IMG/VR virus record: IMGVR_UViG_3300020183_005033
Span: 1 to 64,000 of that record
Length of the DNA stretch: 64,000 bases
Reading direction: 5' to 3' (one strand)
Source of the DNA: a virus
Shown here: piece by piece, positions 58,464 through 64,000 of the stretch
How positions within the stretch are numbered: the first letter of the stretch is position 1
Layout of the letters: each line of letters opens with the position of its first letter
Notes under the pieces: model-generated
Seen by the model: the letters and a program-made list of their open reading frames with translations, nothing else
The model's database searches: none
Told to the model about the DNA's origin: nothing
Made by a program: the position numbers and the translations under genes

Positions 58464-58482
58464 TCTACTGATTAGATTCAAG

Positions 58483-58511
58483 AAAAGGCCACCCTTAGGG
58501 GTGGCTTTTTT
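58483..58511 (+). terminator. intrinsic terminator
   Basis: AAAAGGCCACCC-TTAG-GGGTGGCTTTTTT. Confidence 0.88.
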
Positions 58512-58540
58512 ATGACCCACGTTTTAAAGAGAACAAGACC

Positions 58541-58801
58541 ATGCTAAAAAATGGAATTAAAATAAATTTTGAATTAACCAAAGACGACATTAGGGTCGAC
58601 GTTGCGGCAGGAGCCCTTGGGTATGTTGTGAATTTTAGTATAGACTTAAAGCGCTGGAAAGTTAAATTTCAAAAAAAATCCTATTCCGTAATGGCTTGTG
58701 TCGGTCCGTTTATGCTCAGAATTACAAGTCTTGAAAAGATTGGGCAGTTTATCAATAATGTTTTAAAAGAAAATGAAGATAAGTTGCATTCCGAGATGTA
58801 A
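58541..58801 (+). CDS. hypothetical protein
   Basis: 86 aa ORF. Confidence 0.55.
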   Translation: MLKNGIKINFELTKDDIRVDVAAGALGYVVNFSIDLKRWKVKFQKKSYSVMACVGPFMLRITSLEKIGQFINNVLKENEDKLHSEM

Positions 58802-58830
58802 TATATGTAAACAAGCAGGAGAAGATAGAC

Positions 58831-59199
58831 ATGAATAAAAAAAATTTAGCGTTTAAAAGATACTCAGACTTTTATATTAAATACCCCCTACATGTTACTA
58901 AAAAAGTAATCAATGGTGCTGGTCCGCAAGGCAAAGGAAAATTCATCAGAGACACTTTATTTTATAAATTTAGTGTAACAGAAGCTGCTAACATGCATGA
59001 TTTTTTATATTCAGAATATGCTCCTAAGCAAATTGTCAGAAAAGATGCCGATGATTTATTTTTAGAAATGATGCTCAGAAAGCTAAAAACGCATTCAGTT
59101 GCGTCAAGAATTATAAATAAACCCTTAGTGTATGTGTATTATTTTGCTGTACGGGTATTTGGTAAATCTTTTTGGACAAAAGAAAAAATTGAATGGTAA
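58831..59199 (+). CDS. DUF1353/PLA2-like helical protein
   Basis: NGAG, A..HDFLY, RKDAD..F...M, Y.AVR.FG. Confidence 0.6.
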   Translation: MNKKNLAFKRYSDFYIKYPLHVTKKVINGAGPQGKGKFIRDTLFYKFSVTEAANMHDFLYSEYAPKQIVRKDADDLFLEMMLRKLKTHSVASRIINKPLVYVYYFAVRVFGKSFWTKEKIEW

Positions 59200-59200
59200 A

Positions 59201-60115
59201 TTAAAATCTCCATTCAGGAGTCCCCGTTTTAACGCACCAGCTATTTAAAACAAGCTGTTTCGGTTTTGGATGCATGCTCGGTGCATCAAATTGCGCTATT
59301 AGAAATACATCGTCAAGAACATTTTGCAATCCCCGTGCGCCGAGCCCCTTAGTCAAAGCATTTTGTATAATTTCGTTTATTGCGCTTTCTTCGACAATCA
59401 GTTCTATATTTTCGCCTTTAAACCATTCGTCATATGATGTTAATACGCTTTCTTTGGAGTTTGTTAAAATTGACTTTAAGTCTTCAGCCTTTAAAGCTTC
59501 CAAAGAGGCTACAATACTAAATCTTCCTAGAAATTCAGGAATCATTCCGTATTTGATTAAAGAATCCGTTTTGTGTTCCTCCAATCCAACAAAAGCCCCA
59601 GAGCAAATAAATAATATATCTTTTGTGTGCAGCTTTCTCGGAGTGTGGTTGATTTCGTACCCTATTTCGCTTCCTTCTAATAACTTTAATAAGCTTTGTT
59701 GGACGCCAATTCCATTAATATCAGGAGAGCCGTCATTACTAGATTTGCGTTTAATTTTGTCAATTTCATCAATATAAACAATTGCTTTTGATGCAATATC
59801 ATCATTAAATTCGCACATTGCACATAATTCGCTAATAATTTCCGTAACGTCTTTGCCAACATAGCCAGCACTTGTAAACTGAGTTGCGTCAACCGTCATA
59901 AATTTTGCACTTAAAAATTCTGCAAGTTTTTGAACGGTGTAGGTTTTTCCACTTCCGCTAGGCCCAATCATAAGTATGTTAGATTTTTTAATTTTTGCTC
60001 CATAATAAGCCCTTTTGTAGTGATTGTAGGCAGCAACGGCTAAAGCTTTTTTGGCTTTGTCTTGGCCGATAACATAGGTATCTAGGTAGTTTTTGACATC
60101 TTTAGGAGTGAACAC
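59201..60115 (-). CDS. clpX: ClpX-like AAA+ ATPase (truncated)
   Basis: VIGQDKAKK..AYNHYKR, KSNIL.GPSGSGKT, GYVG, IDEIDK, GVQQ.LLKLLEG, PEFLGR, GARGL. Confidence 0.88.
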   Translation of the reverse strand: MFTPKDVKNYLDTYVIGQDKAKKALAVAAYNHYKRAYYGAKIKKSNILMIGPSGSGKTYTVQKLAEFLSAKFMTVDATQFTSAGYVGKDVTEIISELCAMCEFNDDIASKAIVYIDEIDKIKRKSSNDGSPDINGIGVQQSLLKLLEGSEIGYEINHTPRKLHTKDILFICSGAFVGLEEHKTDSLIKYGMIPEFLGRFSIVASLEALKAEDLKSILTNSKESVLTSYDEWFKGENIELIVEESAINEIIQNALTKGLGARGLQNVLDDVFLIAQFDAPSMHPKPKQLVLNSWCVKTGTPEWRF

Positions 60116-60175
60116 TTTTAATTTTTCCTTGCGTCAGTGACTTTGATGTTTTACTATAAACGGGTGGAGGAGTCT

Positions 60176-60310
60176 ATGGTTATAGAAGATAGAATCAAGA
60201 AAGCTCTTCTTAAGTTAAAAAAAATACCCCAAAAGGCACACAAAAAAAGATTCATCAAAATGATAATGAAACGTCTTAGGGGGAAAGATGGGGATAAAGA
60301 TGAAGGGTAG
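60176..60310 (+). CDS. small basic protein (44 aa, not in ORF track)
   Basis: GGAGGAG RBS. Confidence 0.5.
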   Translation: MVIEDRIKKALLKLKKIPQKAHKKRFIKMIMKRLRGKDGDKDEG

Positions 60311-60557
60311 ACTGACAGACAAAGAAAAGGAAGAATTGCGTAAACTTTTGGAAGAACAAGAAAAACCCCAAGACACGACTTGGCTGATGGTTGATTATTA
60401 TGCCAAGTTATCAAAAAAGGAAAATCCGCTTAACTTAGGGTGCAAGCTCTGCGCTAAAACTCATTTTCCCAAAGATTGCCCTAATAGAAAAAAAGAAACT
60501 TCAAAAAATACATATACTTATACGTCTTATAACCATGATGACAGTGAAGGATACTAA
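60300..60557 (+). CDS. hypothetical protein with CxxC-H-C zinc knuckle
   Basis: CKLCAKTHFPKDC. Confidence 0.55.
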   Translation: MKGRLTDKEKEELRKLLEEQEKPQDTTWLMVDYYAKLSKKENPLNLGCKLCAKTHFPKDCPNRKKETSKNTYTYTSYNHDDSEGY

Positions 60558-60559
60558 AC

Positions 60560-60862
60560 ATGCCACTTGTAGCCGAAAAGCTTAAGAGTAAGCTCAAAGA
60601 AACCATTGAAAAAAATCTTAAAGACCAGTTTGCTAAAGAAGCTAAAGATAACCCTAAAGGTCAAGAAATGTGGACAAAAATGGCCGAGGCTATATCTCAC
60701 ATAGCAACGGACATAGTTAGTGCGTTACAGCAAGACGCTGAAGTGGCTCCGGGAATATCAATCGTTGTTAATCCTGGAATACCAACGGCAGGTAGCCCCG
60801 CTGCCCAGACAACAGTAGGACCGGGGACTGGAGCAACAACAGCTCCGGGGAAGATTCTTTAA
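60560..60862 (+). CDS. hypothetical protein, possibly virion/baseplate-associated
   Basis: Helical N-terminus, G/T/P-rich C-terminus. Confidence 0.55.
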   Translation: MPLVAEKLKSKLKETIEKNLKDQFAKEAKDNPKGQEMWTKMAEAISHIATDIVSALQQDAEVAPGISIVVNPGIPTAGSPAAQTTVGPGTGATTAPGKIL

Positions 60863-60869
60863 AAAACGC

Positions 60870-60896
60870 TAAAGGTTTTTAAAAGACCTCCGATAA
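60870..60896 (+). promoter_or_regulatory. sigma-28-type promoter
   Basis: TAAAGGTT-N11-TCCGATAA. Confidence 0.78.
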
Positions 60897-60917
60897 GAAT
60901 AATAATGGGGGTGAACC

Positions 60918-61412
60918 ATGAGAAACAACTGGGCACAAAGATTGGCAGCAGCTTTTGAGCATCCAGTGGGTGATTACACCCTTGTGGACATTTCTAAGGG
61001 TGAATCATCATGTGCTTGCGGCACCCGCATCAAGAACGTCTACACGGTAGCTTGCTCAGGCCACACTGTTCAACTTGGCTCTGAGTGCATTCAAAGCTAC
61101 ACAGAGCTTGAAAGCATTCAGGCTCAGGTCAAGGCTGCCGAAGAGCGCAGCAAGGCTGAGAAGAAAGCTCATCTAGAGCACCTGCAGACTAAAGAGCTTC
61201 AGGCTCTCATCAACGAATACGCTGAGCTGCTCCGTCCTTACAGAGAGCAGATTGCCAACAGAAAGAGAATTGACTACCCTATTTGGGAACACTGCGCAGG
61301 CAAGCGTCTGCGCATTAGCAAGCTTAAGTCTCTTAAAGGAAAGATTAAAGCAGTCCAAACAGCCCTTGACCATCTTAGGAAACTCATTAATTCAGAGGAG
61401 GAAGTGGCATGA
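60918..61412 (+). CDS. hypothetical early protein with Cys cluster
   Basis: CACG..IK...LGSECI. Confidence 0.7.
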   Translation: MRNNWAQRLAAAFEHPVGDYTLVDISKGESSCACGTRIKNVYTVACSGHTVQLGSECIQSYTELESIQAQVKAAEERSKAEKKAHLEHLQTKELQALINEYAELLRPYREQIANRKRIDYPIWEHCAGKRLRISKLKSLKGKIKAVQTALDHLRKLINSEEEVA

Positions 61413-61543
61413 AGCCCAACATTACAGTTGCTACAGCTATTGCTATTCACGTTATTATTCAGTTAGCTGCTATAGTAGCGCTAGCCGTTTATGCCCCATT
61501 ATGGATTGCCATTCCATTGATTGTTTTAATGATTGCAGCTTAA
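61409..61543 (+). CDS. small hydrophobic membrane protein (44 aa, not in ORF track)
   Basis: GGAGG RBS, ATGA overlap, almost entirely hydrophobic. Confidence 0.6.
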   Translation: MKPNITVATAIAIHVIIQLAAIVALAVYAPLWIAIPLIVLMIAA

Positions 61544-61553
61544 GGAGATGACT

Positions 61554-61832
61554 ATGCGTTTCACTTACATAACAGAAACTATTGGCAACCAACCTGTAAC
61601 TACTATTCAAGAGACAGCCGGAGTGTTCTCTGGCTACACAACAGAACAGGTAGCTGCCATTGCAGAAGACTTCTACCCCAATTACCAGTCCAACAACATG
61701 TCTAATATCTTTTCAGACATCCACTTCAACTATTGCCTTAGAAAGCTACTAAACGGCGAAAAGCTGCCTAATACTCATGTTTCTAGTAAGATTAAACAAA
61801 GACTAAATGAAATCAACGAGTTAGACGAATAA
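61554..61832 (+). CDS. hypothetical protein
   Basis: AAGGAG RBS. Confidence 0.6.
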   Translation: MRFTYITETIGNQPVTTIQETAGVFSGYTTEQVAAIAEDFYPNYQSNNMSNIFSDIHFNYCLRKLLNGEKLPNTHVSSKIKQRLNEINELDE

Positions 61833-61845
61833 GCATTAAAAACAA

Positions 61846-61874
61846 TTGACTTATTCAATCAAATCAACTATAAG
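61846..61874 (+). promoter_or_regulatory. sigma-70-type promoter
   Basis: TTGACT-N17-TATAAG upstream of an AGGAGG RBS. Confidence 0.6.
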
Positions 61875-61897
61875 TTTATTTAGGAGGTAATTGTATT

Positions 61898-62119
61898 ATG
61901 ATTGAAGGGCTTTTTGCAGCAGGACTTTTGGCTCTTTTTGTTGGAATTTCACACAAGACGCCCGAAGTAGACAACAAGAACACACAATATTGTGTGGCGG
62001 CTCCGACTCGCTCTAATCCCAAACAAGAGCAATCTGTCTCGACAGGCAAGTGCTCTAAAGGCACAATGACCGCAGAGCCATCCAAGCGTACTCCACTTTC
62101 AGAACGGAAATCTAAATAA
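61898..62119 (+). CDS. small exported/membrane protein
   Basis: N-terminal hydrophobic segment; strong RBS. Confidence 0.6.
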   Translation: MIEGLFAAGLLALFVGISHKTPEVDNKNTQYCVAAPTRSNPKQEQSVSTGKCSKGTMTAEPSKRTPLSERKSK

Positions 62120-63000
62120 TGCTAAAGTATATTGCTTTGGCAGCATCAGTTCTATCTCTGAGTGCTTTTGCACAAGAGCGAGTAGAGCTGACTCCGCCAG
62201 AATGTTTGCAGTCAAATATTGACTTTTGGTATGACGTTTATACTAAGTACACGCGCCACGATATTATCGTCTATAACCAAAAGACGATGGAAGTCTACAA
62301 CGTCTACCCTAGACCAAAGGGAAGCAAGAAGGCGGTCAAAAGATATAAGAAGCAGTTATTTAACAAATATGCAAAACTAATACCTAAAGAAAAAAAGAAC
62401 ATCGCCGTCAAGACAGGAGCAAGGGGGTTTTTCGAGAAGGGCTTCGAGAGAATGCACGAACATTACCCCAAGATTGCCGAAAGACTAGAACAACAGGGGA
62501 TGCCCCATCAAATAGCCTTCTTGCCATTCGTAGAGTCTTCGTACTCACATAAAGCCACGAGTCCAGTCGGGGCGGTAGGCATGTGGCAAATCATGCCGGC
62601 AACAGGGAGGCTATTTGGAGTTAAGAAGAGAGTCAGGCTCAGAGACAATAGGGTAGCCACCGACGTAGCCATCAAGCTCCTTAAGTTTAACTATGAAATG
62701 CTAGGCGACTGGACTCTAGCCATTAATGCCTATCACTCTGGCACAGGAAGGTTGCTCAAAGCGTCTAACATAGCAAATTCAAAGGATATTTGTGAAATAT
62801 TCAACTATCTCGACGAAAATGACGTAAAGATAAAAGGCTACAAGTTCTACAGTAGAAACTACGTAGCTCAGTTATTTGCTATTGACAAGGCTGTGACAGA
62901 ACGGCTAAACCCTCGTGTAGAGGACGAGGCCGAAGAAACAGAAGAGGGGGAAAATTATGGATCAGAAGAAGTTACTATCCAAATTCCAGAAGAATATTGA
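62119..63000 (+). CDS. MltD-like lytic transglycosylase with signal peptide
   Basis: Signal peptide ..SAFA; LPFVESS, SPVGAVGMWQIMPATG, AINAYHSG, NYV. Confidence 0.88.
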   Translation: MLKYIALAASVLSLSAFAQERVELTPPECLQSNIDFWYDVYTKYTRHDIIVYNQKTMEVYNVYPRPKGSKKAVKRYKKQLFNKYAKLIPKEKKNIAVKTGARGFFEKGFERMHEHYPKIAERLEQQGMPHQIAFLPFVESSYSHKATSPVGAVGMWQIMPATGRLFGVKKRVRLRDNRVATDVAIKLLKFNYEMLGDWTLAINAYHSGTGRLLKASNIANSKDICEIFNYLDENDVKIKGYKFYSRNYVAQLFAIDKAVTERLNPRVEDEAEETEEGENYGSEEVTIQIPEEY

Positions 63001-63370
63001 TTTAAGAAGCCCAAACGGAACTGTTCTTTATCTTGAAAATATTAAAAGTCTACGTTCAGTTCAAGTGTATGATACGGGCGACGCTGATAATATTTTCAAA
63101 GTAGACGTGGTCGATGTGGACGGTGTTTTTCGTCAAGATTACACATGTAGTCATGATTGCCTTGCCCTTATTTGTGCAATGCTTTATTCAGAGGGCGACG
63201 CCGAAGATAAGACAATTGTTACAATATCTTTCGAGGCGCTTGTTAATGCATTAACCATGTCTCGTAATTTAGGCTACACTGATGCTTCCAAAAGTCTTCT
63301 CGAAGATGAATATGAAGAAGATGCTATGGAAGAGTATGCAAATCGTGAAACTAATGTCACATTAAATTGA
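62957..63370 (+). CDS. hypothetical protein
   Basis: 137 aa ORF. Confidence 0.6.
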   Translation: MDQKKLLSKFQKNIDLRSPNGTVLYLENIKSLRSVQVYDTGDADNIFKVDVVDVDGVFRQDYTCSHDCLALICAMLYSEGDAEDKTIVTISFEALVNALTMSRNLGYTDASKSLLEDEYEEDAMEEYANRETNVTLN

Positions 63371-63377
63371 GGTTTTT

Positions 63378-63938
63378 ATGAAAGTTTCAGAAGAAGCGCT
63401 TAACCACTTAAAATCACTGCAGGTAGATCCAACTAAGTTGTCTGAAGAGGAATACTTCATGGCAACTCATATTCAAATGCCTAGACTTGTGTACAGAGGA
63501 TTTTATGCAAATCCTTTGCCTGCCTATCAGACAGAGCAGTCAAGTTGTTTTGATATTTTGGCAGATGATAATGCAGTTATTCGGCCCAACTCTTATGCAA
63601 TCATTAAGACTGGCCTCTATCTGACCATGGAAGACGCCGCTCATTTCATTAATCTTAACCCCGCAGTCATGAACCTAGCTCTAGTTCTTAGAGAGCGTTC
63701 TGGCTTGGCGGCCAGAGGGATTGGACTAGGGGCAGGCGAGATTGATAGAGACTACCTTGTTGAAAATAATCCAGAGAATGAAATTAAAGTCATTCTTAGG
63801 AATTTTTCAAATGAAACACATTTTGTTAAGATTGGAGACAGAATCTGTCAGGCCAAATGGGAACTAGTCCTCAAAGACCCATTCCTTGAAGTTAAGACAG
63901 TTAAGCGTATTGGCGGCATGGGAAGCACCGGCACATGA
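63378..63938 (+). CDS. dut: trimeric dUTPase
   Basis: RSGLA, GEIDRDY, GDRICQ, RIGGMGSTG. Confidence 0.9.
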   Translation: MKVSEEALNHLKSLQVDPTKLSEEEYFMATHIQMPRLVYRGFYANPLPAYQTEQSSCFDILADDNAVIRPNSYAIIKTGLYLTMEDAAHFINLNPAVMNLALVLRERSGLAARGIGLGAGEIDRDYLVENNPENEIKVILRNFSNETHFVKIGDRICQAKWELVLKDPFLEVKTVKRIGGMGSTGT

Positions 63939-64000
63939 AGACAAAGAAAATCCCCAAAGACTCAGGGCTACCTCTTTATATTGTCTCCCCGGAGGCAAGA

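Overview
This 64 kb window is a gene-dense segment of a large lytic tailed phage read in standard code 11; I found no tRNA, rRNA, CRISPR array or integrase. A minus-strand replication/recombination block (~7.3-29.8 kb) carries RecA/UvsX-like, gp32-like SSB, RuvC, AEP primase, AAA ATPase, DnaB-like helicase, DnaE, SbcCD, DUF4338, T5 A1-like nuclease, GroEL-like and SSB genes. It diverges from an initiator-like gene with internal iteron-like repeats at 29.9-31.3 kb. The plus strand carries neck proteins, nucleotide metabolism genes (dNMP kinase, NrdAB, deaminases, dUTPase), a scaffold-like protein and a Herelleviridae-like major capsid protein. Main candidate system: very large mosaic proteins (69-3871; 41097-50848) in which unrelated effector domains (GNAT, ADP-ribosyltransferase, kinase, Nudix, lysozyme-like, PcfJ-like plus helical repeats, HExxH peptidase) are separated by a recurring [L/M]-x-K|[S/A/G] motif. 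The same motif sits at the predicted capsid maturation site and about nine times in the scaffold-like protein, suggesting head-packaged polyproteins that are cut into effectors. Other highlights: four sigma-28 (FliA)-type promoters, a plant TAA1/alliinase-like aminotransferase, a ClpX lacking its N-domain and IGF loop, SspB-like ClpX-binding peptides, and an A11 run joining two polyprotein ORFs. All family calls come from motif recognition by eye, not from database searches.
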